DNA of 60,000 nucleotides, taken from Malacoraja senta (taxonomy: Eukaryota). The stretch covers positions 16,060,001 to 16,120,000 of the forward strand of contig CM075987.1 in assembly GCA_038087875.1 (NCBI GenBank), in the 5' to 3' direction. How positions within the stretch are numbered: position 1 is the stretch's first letter; every line of letters starts with the position of its first letter. Shown piece after piece: positions 49,071-60,000 of the stretch. Made by a program: the position numbers and the translations under genes. Under the pieces are notes generated by a model. It was not told the origin of the DNA. It saw only the letters and a program-made list of their open reading frames with translations, and ran no database searches.

Positions 49071-52000
49071 TCTTCCAGACATGACACTGGGAGGTGGTTC
49101 GGCATTCCCTTTCCTAAACCTTGCCAACTCTCCCAGTTGCAAACCTATCTCTTGAATCAAGTTTTTTGATCACCTGCATATATAGCTTACACACATGCAT
49201 GCAAAAAAACGTGCACGCAAGCAAACATGCAAAACCGGTTCTCCCAGCAGATTACAGTCAAAGATCTGAAGTAAAATTTGGGTTAACGAGAGTCAAGAGT
49301 CAAGAGAGTTTTATTGTCATGTGTCCCAGATACGACAATTAAATTCTTATTGTCAAATTCTTAGTCAAAGATCTGAAGTAAAATTTTGGTTAACACACTC
49401 TCACTCTGGGCAGAAACCTTTAGGGAATAACTCTGTGTTAAAGGTGAAACATCAGCACATGCATACAGTTGCTTTAGAATGATTTAAAACAACAAAACAC
49501 CATCAGGTTATTATAGAAGTTACAAGAAACTTCTAATGTTGGAATCTGAAGCAAAAAAAACCAAAGTAGACAGAGGAAACTAGCAGGTCAGGCAGCCTAT
49601 GTGGAGGAAAATAGATCATCCCTTTCCCTCCATAGATGCTGCCAGGCTCACTGAGTACCACCATTAATTTGCTTTTTGCAAAGGATTATAGAAGTTTACC
49701 TCATAAAAGGTGCTGTTTAACCTATGAGTCCATGCCAAATGATAACTGGAAATGTATTCATGGCATTGTTTCTGTGATTCTTGCAATGGAGATCTTACTG
49801 TAATTCCATGGAAAGTGGTCTTCAAAAACAAGAACGAGGTACAGCATCAACAATAAATCCTTTGATCTCTCCGCGTTTACCTAAAGGCTCCAAAGCAGTG
49901 ATCAGGTATTGATACCTTTCTCTTCCAATGCTCATTCCTTGAAGAACAAACCCTGGAAGGATTTGCAGGCTGCTCAACACCAATTATACTTCCCATTGAA
50001 TGGCAACATCTTGATGCAATCGGTAAGGTGGTTACTCCTGTGGAGAAGGATTTTATGGAAGTCACACAATTTTTCCAATGAGAAGCATTCTTCACCAGAA
50101 CAAAATGCAAATATTCTGCCAAATATTAATCTACAATTAAACTTTGTTGCTTCAAACTCCACAACACAGATCTGTTATTTTGAGCCACAATCTAAAGTCA
50201 CTGGTATTAAAACAATTATGTGAGTTGTAGTTTCACTAGTCAGCTTGCTCTCTGAACTTTCATTGTTTTCTCCAGCAAATGTTCTCCAGCTAACTCTTTC
50301 TGATAAAATAAAAATAAATTCCAGTGTATCTTCTCGACAGTGATCATGTGGTTTTGTGTATTCTTTTGTAAAAATCCATCCAATTTTCGTCCCACACATG
50401 GAGTATTGTGTTCAGTTTTGGTCAACACGTTATATGAAAGATGCCATTAAGCTGGGAACACTGCACAAGAGAGAAGATTTGCAAACAGAGAAGATTTGCG
50501 AGGATGTTGCCAGGACTCAAAGGCCAGAACTATAGTGAAAGGAGAGGTGGGGGTGGGACAAAGTCTAGCAACCAAGCCTCCCTCACCCATAGATGGGCAC
50601 AAAGAGCTGGAGTAACTCAGCGGGTCTGGAGAAATCTCTGGAGAAAAAAGATGCGAGACGTTTCGGGTCTGGACCCTTCTTCAGTGTCTATCCTCAGTAT
50701 ATACCAGTACCTACAGTTCCTTTCTACACATCCCCACACCTATATCCACCTCTCACTAACCAGTTGAGCCAGGTGCAGGAAAATGAGCACAGCATTAATG
50801 GGGCATCTTGGTCAACGTGTATGAAATGAGCTGCAGCTTTTGCTTTGTGCTGAGTGACTCTAAATGAGCTTCTCCCATCTCCTCATTTCCCGTCTCCTCC
50901 CTCTGCTGGGTGCTGTAAACTGCTTTTCACAACTGTTGCATGCAGTTGATGCCTCTTTGTGCAGTGGCTCAGAAAAACAACCTGCGCAAGTGAAGCTTAG
51001 TCATTCAGGAACATTGGTGCGTGTTGTTTCAAAGCATTTTAAATGGGGGTGGTTGGCATGCAATTTGAAAAGATGCTTGAGATTTCCCTGCAAAGGAGGT
51101 GAATGGTAAAGGGGAAACATTTCAATACGAGCTTTGAAAGTACGAGGAAAAAGCAGATGGTTTTGATTTCTGTGTTTTTCTTTGGATACGCAAGTTTATT
51201 CAAATACACAATCAACTTTATTCTGTCTAATACGTGTCCTTTCCCCACAGTGCATGAGAGCTCTTGCGATGGTTTAGATTTATTATTGCCACGCATTACG
51301 AGGTACAGTGAAAGGTTTTGTTTTGCATGCTATCCAAACAAATCAGATATACCGTACATGAATACAACCAAGTCAATCTCGAATACAATCGTTAAAGCTA
51401 AGAGGAAGATACAGAGTGCAGAATATAGTTCTCAGCATTGTAGCACATCAGTTCCATTGACAATTACCAATGTCCTCAATGGGGTTGAGGTGAATCAGAC
51501 AGTGCCCGAGTTTATGGAAGGACCATTCAGAAGCCTGATAATGGAGCTCGAGAGCAGGCATAGATTGTCTTCTATGGATCATATAGTGGTGGGAAAGGCA
51601 GGTAATTGTTAATATAAAATGTCATTGTGCTCTTTGTTCCCCAGACAACATATCAGGTGAGGAACAGGTTGTAGAATAGGCATTTTATATGGATCCTTAT
51701 AAAAGAAAGGAAAAGAGAGAGAGAATGGTCACCATTTGTAATAAGCAGAAATCATTTCATTCTGAGTGTTAGGTTTGCACTCTGTTATCAAGGGGATTTT
51801 TCATTTACATTTTGTATTAGTCCACGTGGGTTTTATTTTCCAGTCTAACTACACTACACCTGTTATGACTGCACTGTGGTAATAGTGATATCGAAAGCTG
51901 CTTTGGGCACCACATTCTAAATTTATGCAATTTTTTTTCCCCTCCGCATTCTTCTGAAGAAATTATTATTTATGTCAGTTTTATTTTCCATTTGTAAGGG

Positions 52001-52582
52001 AAAGGCCGGTAAAAAGATGAACATCAATATTGAAGATGAGAGTAGGGCAGTCGAATGGATGAATGGGAGGAAGACTGGTAGTCTACAGACGTAGTAGGAT
52101 AATCGGGCAGACAGGAAAATGAGAAAAGTAGTTTGTTAAAAGAGTGTAATAAAAGGTTGGACTGTAACAATTTGTAATGTTAACTGTTGGGGGGGGGAGA
52201 AGTCCCTAGAGTGTAAATGGTAGAGAAGATTGATTTAAGAACGAAGGTGAGGAACATAGAGTACTCCGTATCGATAAGCGACATTGAAAAAAACGTTTGT
52301 AGCCCCTGAACAGTGGGAGATGTCCACAGACACAGCTTGTCAGGGGCTTAGAAGAAGAGGAATTTCTTACCCTGGAGTGCAGTAAATCTTCGGAATTCTT
52401 TACTCCAGAGGGATGTGATGCTCAGTCAATATGTATTTTCAAAGGTGGGATCAATAGAGTTTAGGACGATGAAAGGTTATAGTGCAATTGAAGCCAAAGA
52501 TCAGTGCAGTTGTGAATGACAGAGTAAGCTCAAGAAGCGGTCTGATTAACACCCACTCTTGTGCAGCAACAGAATATAACTA

Positions 52583-54118
52583 CAGTGCCTCCATAATGTT
52601 TTGGACAAAGACCCATCATTTATTTATTTGCCTCTGTACTCCACAATTTGAGATTTGTAATAGAAAAAAATCACATGTGGTTAAAGTGCACATTGTCGGA
52701 TTTTAATAAAGGCCATTTTTATACATTTTGGTTTCAACCATGTAGAAATTACAGCAGTGTTTATACATAGCCACCCAATTTCAGGGCACCATAATGTTTG
52801 GGACATAGCAATGTCATGTAAATGAAAGTAATCATGTTTAGTATTTTGTTGCACCTTTGCATGCAATGACTGCTTGAAGTCTGCGATTCATGGACATCAC
52901 CAGTTGCTGGGTGTCTTCTCTGGTGATGCTCTGCCAAGCCTCTATTGCAGCCATCTTTAGCTTATGCTTGTTTTGGGGACTAGTCCCCTTCAGTTTTCTC
53001 TTCAGCATATAAAAGGCATGTTCAATTGGGTTCAGATCGGGTGATTGACTTGGCCACTCAAGAATTGACCATTTTTTAGCTTTGAAAAACTCCTTTGTTG
53101 CTTTAACAGTATGTTTTGGATCATTGTCTTGCTGTAGAATGAACCGCCAGCCAATGAGTTTTGAGCCATTTGTTTGAACTTGAGCAGATAGGATGTGTCT
53201 ATACACTTCAGAATTCATTATGCTACTACCATCAGCAGTTGTATCATCAATGAAGATAAGTGAGCCAGTACCTTCAGCAGCCATACATGCCCAGGCCATA
53301 ACACCCCCACCACCGTGTTTCACAGATGAGGTGGTACGCTTTGGATCTTGGGCAGTTCCTTCTCTCCTCCATACTTTGTTCTTACCATCACTCCGATATA
53401 AGTTAATCTTCGTCTCATCTGGCCACAAGACCTTTTTCCAGAACTCTGGTTGCTCTTTTAAGTACTTCTTGGCAAACTGTAACCTGGTCATCCTATTTTT
53501 GCGGCTAACCAGTGGTTTGCATCTTGCAGTGTAGCCTCTGTATTTCTGTTCATGAAGTCTTCTGTGGACAGTGGTCATTGATAAATCCACCCCTGACTCC
53601 TGAAGAGCGTTTCTGATCTGTCGGACAGGTGTTTGGGGATTTTTCTTTATTATAGAGAGAATTCTTCTGTCATCAGCTGTGGAGGTCTTCCTTGGCCTGC
53701 CAGTCCCTTTGCGATTAGTAAGCTCACCAGTGCTCTTTTTCTTCTTAATGATGTTCCAAACAGTTGATTTTGGTAAGCCTAAGGTTTGGCTGATGTCTCG
53801 AACAGTTTTATTCTTGTTTCTCATTCTCATAATGGCTTCTTTGACTTTCTTTGGCACAACTTTGGTCCTCAAGTTGATAAACAGCAATAAAAGTTCCCAA
53901 AGGTGATGAAAAGACTGGAGGAAAGACTAGGTGCCGAGAGCTCTCTTATACCTGCATTAAGGAGGCATTTCAACACACCTGAGTTAATACAAACACCTGT
54001 GAAACCATGTGTCCCAAACATTATGATGCCCTGAAATGGGGGGGATTACGTATAAACACAGCTGTAATTTCTACATGGTGAAACCAAAATGTATAAAAAT
54101 ATCCTTTAATAAAATCTG
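52583..54118 (-). mobile_element. Tc1-family transposon (IR/DR type) with truncated 5' TIR
   Basis: TA-CAGTG terminus at 52581-52587; about 225-bp TIR with direct repeats CCATAATGTTT(T/G)GGACA at 52591 and 52789; opposite TIR present only as 54009-54118. Confidence 0.93.
52838..53872 (-). CDS. Tc1 DD34E transposase (uninterrupted frame; likely start codon reads TTG)
   Basis: Paired-like HTH, GRPRK linker, WPDETK / QQDNDPKH / SPDLNPIE with 34 residues between the second D and E. Confidence 0.92.
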   Translation of the reverse strand: MRTKVVPKKVKEAIMRMRNKNKTVRDISQTLGLPKSTVWNIIKKKKSTGELTNRKGTGRPRKTSTADDRRILSIIKKNPQTPVRQIRNALQESGVDLSMTTVHRRLHEQKYRGYTARCKPLVSRKNRMTRLQFAKKYLKEQPEFWKKVLWPDETKINLYRSDGKNKVWRREGTAQDPKRTTSSVKHGGGGVMAWACMAAEGTGSLIFIDDTTADGSSIMNSEVYRHILSAQVQTNGSKLIGWRFILQQDNDPKHTVKATKEFFKAKKWSILEWPSQSPDLNPIEHAFYMLKRKLKGTSPQNKHKLKMAAIEAWQSITREDTQQLVMSMNRRLQAVIACKGATKY

Positions 54119-54911
54119 GCACCTAGCCAAATAATGTTTTGGCATGGATTAATTTGAAAGAGAACCTGAAAGGAGGTGACAGAAATTTAGCGGACAAATT
54201 CCAGAGCTTGAGGCCCAGATGGCAGCAGTTACTATAGCGGCACTGAAAATGGGATGCAGAGTTGATCCCCTAGAGAAGGCTGATGCTGTAAATACGTTAT
54301 AAATAGCATGTTAAAGGCAGTGGCATTGTGAAGGGAAGGTGTGAGGAAGCTCTAAATAACAATTGTACTAAACAATTGTGACTAATGTCACACAAGCAGT
54401 CGACGAGTGGCAGCATAGTATTTTGCATATGACAGTCTGCAGCATCCGTGGCACTGCCTCTTGTGGGAGCAATAACTCATGTAAGTTAATCACACCGTTC
54501 ATCTAACTCATTTAGAACTTTTTTTTAGTGCATTACATCCCTCTGAAAATTAGCTTGATTAACTTCCAACCAAGATCTTTACAGGCAGTTATTTCTGATC
54601 TGACTTAGGTTCAGTGTTTTTCCAACTGGAGTACTTTCCACATGACAGCAACTCACCATGCAAATCTTTTATTCTCATTTCTTTCTGGTTTGTTTTCTGA
54701 TTCTCTTGAATCTTTGTCCTCTGGTTACTGACTCCCCTACTGCAGAAAAACTGTCTCCTCATAATGAGATGCATACCAATACCCATTATGATTTTAAAGA
54801 CTTGTATTAAATCATCTGTTAAATGCCCCGGGTCTGACCGGGTGAATCATAATGACTGTGATCTCCATTCACACCTTCAAACTGATGGAGTAGGAGGGAG
54901 AAAGCTTGCAA

Positions 54912-55330
54912 GACAATAGACAATAGACGCAGGAGTAGGCCATTTGGCCCTTCGAGCCAGCACCGCCATTCAATGTGATCATGGCTGATCATCCCCAATC
55001 AGTACCCCGTTCCTGCCTTCTCCCCATATCCCCTGACTCCGCTATCTTTAAGAGCCCTATCTGGCACTCTCTTGAAAGTATTCAGAGAACCTGCCTCCAC
55101 CGCCCTCTGAGGCAGAGAATTCCACAGACTCACAACTCTCTGTGAGAAAAGGTGTTTCCTCGTCTCCGTTCTAAATGGCTTACCCCTTATTCTTAAACTG
55201 TGGCCCCTGGTTCTGGACTCCCCCAACATCGGGAACATGTTTTCCGCCCTTAACAGTCTTATATGTTTCGATAAGATTCCCTCTCATCCTTCTAAACTCC
55301 AGAGTGTGCAAGCCCAGCCGCTCCATTCTC
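54912..55330 (-). mobile_element. CR1 LINE 3' fragment
   Basis: MFPMLGESRTRGHSLRIRGKPFRTE...GYGEKAGTGY; (ACAATAG)n tail. Confidence 0.9.
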
Positions 55331-56139
55331 TGGTGGAGGTTGTGCAAAGCTTGGCAAGTGATAGGAGAATGCAGGTGAAAGGGTCGATTGGCAGATGGGT
55401 GGAGTAAGTGTCAAATGTTAGAGGTAAAAAGGAGACATGAGGTTGTCAGAAAAAATCGAAGATGAGTGAAATGTAGAGCTGGAGGGAGAGATACAGGTGG
55501 AAGGATATTGGTAGAAATAAGGGAGATAAAAGGAAAATATTTGACACAGGGATGGGAGATGAGTGTATAGAGGAGCGGAAAGGAGCAGGGTGACTAGTGT
55601 GGCGGGTGAAATGTGCATGTACTGGAGTAGGGTGAAATTGGAAAATTCAAAGATAGCGACAGAGACTGGGTGGTAATAAATTGAGTCCACAAAAAATGAC
55701 TGCAGGTTATGGAATCTGATAAAAATGGAAGAATGGGGGCCAGATAAGGGAAGGATGGGCAGATTACTTTTCCATACCATGCTGGACTGGCATTGCTGTA
55801 ACAAGAGCAGCATAGTACAAGGATCAAGCACAAAGAATTGGACAGATTCTATTTAAACAATGTCATGTTTCATAGAAATAATGTGACTCATCCTAATAGC
55901 ACTGGGTTGTGGTGTTGAGCTGAGATTGCTTTTGAAACAAGATAGTTTACTAAAGAACCAAATTGCCACACCAATGCTTTTAACGAGCCAAAGAAATATT
56001 GATTTTGAAAACTGAATACAGTGGTAATTTCACTTTAATGGTACGCTAGATTGATAACTCTGATAAAGCTGTGTCATTAAGATAAAAACTGCCATCTCTG
56101 CTCAGTTATTACTGACAAACTAGCCTGGTTCTATCAAAA

Positions 56140-56705
56140 GTAATACAGCACAAAAATTGGCCCATCTGTCCAACTTGTTCCTACCGAGCAAGATCCCTGC
56201 CTAAGCTAGTCCTGATTGCCCCATATCCCTCTAAACCTTTCCTATTTATGTACGAGTCCACATTTCTTTTAAATGGTGTTATTGTACCTGCTTCAACCAT
56301 TTCTTCCTACAGCTCATTTCATAAATGTAAAACCCTCAGTGACAAAGTGGTCTCTCGCATTCCAATTAAATCTTTTCCCTCTCACTTTAAACCTTTGTCC
56401 TCTAATTCTTGATTCCCAACCTTTGGGGGGGAAAAAACTATGTGCATTCACCCTATCTATGCCCCACATGATATTATACATCTCTATCTGGCCACTCCTC
56501 AGTCTTCATCGCTTCAAGCAATAATGTCTTAGCTTGCACAACCTCCTCCTATAGCTCAGACCCTTTTCCTCGTGAATCCTTTCTGCACCTTTTCCAAATT
56601 AATGACATCTTTCGATAGTAGCTTGACCCCACTCAACAGAATACTCCAGTTGCAACCTCTCCAATGTTTTATACATCTGCAACATAACATCCCAACCTCT
56701 GTACT
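56140..56705 (-). mobile_element. Decayed CR1/HER1-like LINE 3' fragment
   Basis: Similar to 44045-44530. Confidence 0.65.
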
Positions 56706-56884
56706 GCACTGTTGGAAATTACATCTTTGAGCTGAGACATTAAAGCAAAGGATGGTTTGTATCTCTGGTGATCATAAAATATCCTATAATTTGATCTGAA
56801 TTATTTTTATACATTATGAAGAGCACTATATATACAGTGCTTGCTGTACACTATATATCAAATAGAACAGCTCACTTTATCTAT

Positions 56885-57190
56885 TATTACTTACTTAGAC
56901 TTAGTTCCTCCCGCACTGTTGAGTGCATTTGGGCAGCAAGCTTTCGCCATTCTGTTCGGTCACGTGCGACGTCTTCCACCCTCGATAGGTTTGCGCCCCG
57001 GGCTTCCAAATCCTTCTGGAATGTTCACCTCCTTGTGAGTTTTGGTCGGCCACTTTTCCTTCTTCCGTCAGGTTGCCATGTCATTGCTATCATAGTTGCA
57101 CGTTCTGGTGATATTCTGAGTACGTGTCCTGCAAATTTCATCCTGTGTACCTCTATGTCCTGGCTGAGAGGCTTTCTTGCAGTTTCCCGG
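56885..57190 (-). mobile_element. RTE-clade LINE 3' fragment
   Basis: LSQDIEVHRMKFAGHVLRISPERATMIAMTWQPDGRRKSGRPK is a typical RTE ORF C-terminus; (TAAG)n tail. Confidence 0.75.
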
Positions 57191-57724
57191 TAGATACAGA
57201 ATATACAGAATAGTATTCCATAGAGTGAACATTTTGCCAATTACATATATCACATCTTGAATAAATTGTTAAACGGAAGGGCGTGCCTTCAATATGCGAC
57301 AGGGGAAAGAGCATATTATACACATTATAAATAATGATATATGCTTTATGCATCGTTATATAATACATAACTACATCTTGCATATCTTCTTAATGAGTAT
57401 TTTGCGTTTCAAATCACACATATTCTGCTCAAGCTTCACTTCTGGGATTTGTGGCATTGAAATCTGTGATCGGGTTGCTGTTTTTGGAGCTGTCGTTTCA
57501 TAAATTCTATCCACATGCCCTGTGATTGCTTGTGGTCCTCAATTTAGGAGAGGGAACAAAAGAGAAAGAAACGCTTCTTAAACAGAATGTAATTTTCCTG
57601 CGATGAATCATGGTGTCCTGTGCAATAATGTGCATATGTTATTACAATGTTGTTATATCTGAGGCTGAGAATAAGATCCCTCATTAAAAAAAAAAGAATG
57701 CTGGCTGGTCCACTTTAACTTATC

Positions 57725-57848
57725 GAAGGGTCTCGACCCGAAACGTTGCCTATTTCCTTCGCTCCATAGATGCTGCCTCACCCGCTGAGTTTCTCCAGCA
57801 TTTTTGTCTACCTTCGATTTTCCAGCATCTGCAGTTCCTTCTTAAACA
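57725..57848 (+). mobile_element. Short Penelope pLTR derivative including the 3' extension
   Basis: GAAGGGTCTCGACCCGAAACGTTGCC...CTGCAGTTCCTTCTTAAACA. Confidence 0.8.
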
Positions 57849-58999
57849 ATGAATGAAAATGGTCTCTTTACTGTCAGGTCGTTAGAGATACAGTGAAATG
57901 CTTGTTCTGCACATGATCCATCAACTTATACTATAGTACACTAGATCCTCTCCTGAAACGGCACACAGAGTTGTCACGTTCTGGTGCTATTTTGCACCTT
58001 CCAAGTCTCTGAGAAATCGGACCTAAGCCTGAGGAGGCATGCAAATTTTTATATTTCTCACTTTTAAGCCCTGTGTTCTGGCGGCCCTGGATGAATGAAG
58101 TAGGGTTGGCCTGGCCCAGGATGATGCTGTCTGCTCCTTCCACTGCCATTCCATGCAGCTGCCATAGGCTGCACTCGATCCACTTGCTCATCTGGTTGCT
58201 TGGTGTAAGGCCTCTCATGGCTGTCTCTGCCACCACCATGTCTCGACACCACCATGAACATGCTCTCCAGCAGCCACTTCACACTTCTGTGCACCGTGGT
58301 CGACATAACCTGCTCCCTGAGCTGATCTTGGACATTTGAGGGTGCAGGAGATGAGTTAGAACCACTGACTTTCCTCCCTCACCTTCCACCACACAAATTC
58401 ATTTTGCAGTGATTTGCAATGCCCTGGCTGATGATATTCTTATAATACATTCATGCAGCATCCTTGGTAGAGTAAAGTTCCAGAGTGTAATTGGCACTTG
58501 TGAAGTTGAAAGATGATTACAAGTTTAATTATAGGCAAATCCCAATATTCCGACAGAGAAGTGTTATTGTCATGTCTCACTCCTTTGACGTCTGATTGCG
58601 AGACAGATACTAATTTCTGAAAATACTACACAAAGCTGACTAAAAGATGTCACTGAGCAAGAAGGGCATCACAGGCTTTAACAAGAGGTCTGATTCAAGC
58701 CCTCCATTTGGTGGAATACCTCTCTGTTTGATCACAGTGCCTTTTCTGAACAGCAGCTTGTGTAGGGTTGGAGCAGTCAGATGTTTTACAAGTGCATTGT
58801 GAAATGGAAGAGGAAAGGTATCAAAATTAGACTATAATTCCTGAAAATTCTCTCGGTTCTGATTCCGCTGATGATACTCTTTTCTGAGTCAGATGGTTGT
58901 GGGCTATAGGTTCCTCTCCGGACTCTAGTCCACAAAAGTCTGGAGAGGACTGGCCCTCCAGTGCTGAGTGACCACTGCACTATTGGAGGCGCAGTCTAA

Positions 59000-59587
59000 A
59001 GGGCCTGTCCCACTTACGTGACCTTTACAGGCGACTGCCGGCACCCGTGATAGGCCGCCGAAGTTTCCAACATGTTGAAAATTCAGCGGCGACCATGAAA
59101 GACGCTACGACTCTTTGGAGACCTCTCACGACCATAGTAGACATCTCACGACCATACAGACGACCCCTGGCGACATGTCGCGGGTGACCTCTCACGACCA
59201 TAGGAGACTGTAGATTGATGATGCATGTGAATCAATCACACTTAGCCAGCATCACTAACTCCACCCCATTATAACATTTATACTAACGTCCATTCCCAGC
59301 ACCGTTAGTTGAAGCAGCTAGGATGTACTGACAACACCTCATTTTGTAATGCTGCCAAGTTACTGTGCTGATTAAAGATGTGTGTAAATCTTATACAGTC
59401 TGAAGTGATTTACAGGAGACCTCATCACAACCGTGGTTGTGAGAGGTCTCCTATGGTCGTGAGAGGTCTCCAAAGAGTCGTAGCGTCTTTCTGGTCGCCG
59501 TTGACTTTTCAACATGTTTAAAATTTCAGCGACCTATCACGGGTGCCGGCAGTCGCCTGTAAAGGTCGCGAAAGTGGGACAGGCCCT
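59000..59587. mobile_element. PIF/Harbinger-type MITE with about 150-bp inverted arms
   Basis: TAA-AGGGCCTGTCCCACTT...AAGTGGGACAGGCCCT-TTA; subterminal repeats GACCTCTCACGACCATA. Confidence 0.88.
59209..59414 (+). mobile_element. Putative short solo LTR nested in a MITE
   Basis: TGTA...TACA termini; 6-bp direct repeat GGAGAC at 59203-59208 and 59415-59420; ATTAAA at 59371-59376. Confidence 0.55.
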
Positions 59588-60000
59588 TTAGAGATCAGCT
59601 ATGAAAAACTAACCATTTGTGCTCTCAGCTAGATGGAATATCCGATATTTGGTGTGATATCCGATATTTATCTCTCAATCAAATATCACAAACCAGGTTG
59701 TGTGTATATTATCATATTGCTGTTTTGTTTGGAGCGTTCTTAAATTTCTTGTCCTGCTTCTTGTGTTACTTTATTGCCACTGCAAATGCACTTTATTTAC
59801 TGTTAACATTTAAGGCTGTTTGAGGTTGCAAAAGATGCAACAACAAAAAAACAAGTGTTTCTTTTTATGGAATTCGGTATTTCGAATTTAGTTTGATTCT
59901 ATATGAAAGATCACACTGGATGTCATCGGGTTCATGTTTCCATGGTGTGGTGAGCACCGCGACTTTCTTTGCACGGATGTTTTTCTGGCCAGCTTCTTTC

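Noticed and set aside
49752..49905. Additional alternative first exon (MYSWHCF...KNE|GTACAG or MESGLQK...|GTATTG)
   Set aside because: Weak donors, no CpG or promoter context, no recognisable peptide, and one option is out of phase with the other exons
51103..51612. 169-aa ORF
   Set aside because: Mostly antisense of a Rex1/Babar 3'UTR fragment; no protein-like features
59117..59210. Short regularly recurring repeats (GACCTCTCACGACCATA) resembling a CRISPR array
   Set aside because: Subterminal repeats of a MITE in a vertebrate genome; no unique equal-length spacers and no cas genes

Overview
Eukaryotic, repeat-dominated genomic DNA. The repeat repertoire (HE1/V-SINE-like SINEs, HER1/CR1 LINEs, Deu-domain SINE relics, Rex1/Babar, Penelope-like elements) points to a cartilaginous fish, probably a skate or ray; this is inference. 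Host-gene content appears limited to two short, phase-0, CpG-associated candidate alternative first coding exons on the + strand (11030-11050 MMRWNAQ; 47717-47800 METKSLFNLQKALAQPVKVCMFDLVDDA). I tentatively assign these from memory to RALGDS, which would make most of the window first-intron sequence. Four features stand out. (1) A young Penelope-like (GIY-YIG) insertion forms a 712-bp near-perfect inverted repeat with a 14-bp TSD, and about 20 short derivatives carry a minimal hammerhead-ribozyme-like motif; several are inserted as hairpin (inverted) dimers. (2) Seven PIF/Harbinger-type MITEs have related TIR tips and TWA target sites but different interiors; one carries a 206-bp solo-LTR-like insert. 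(3) A 1.2-kb non-autonomous DNA transposon has CAAAGA termini and an 8-bp TSD. (4) A Tc1 IR/DR element has an uninterrupted DD34E transposase frame but a truncated TIR and an apparently mutated start codon. Boundaries of decayed repeats are approximate.
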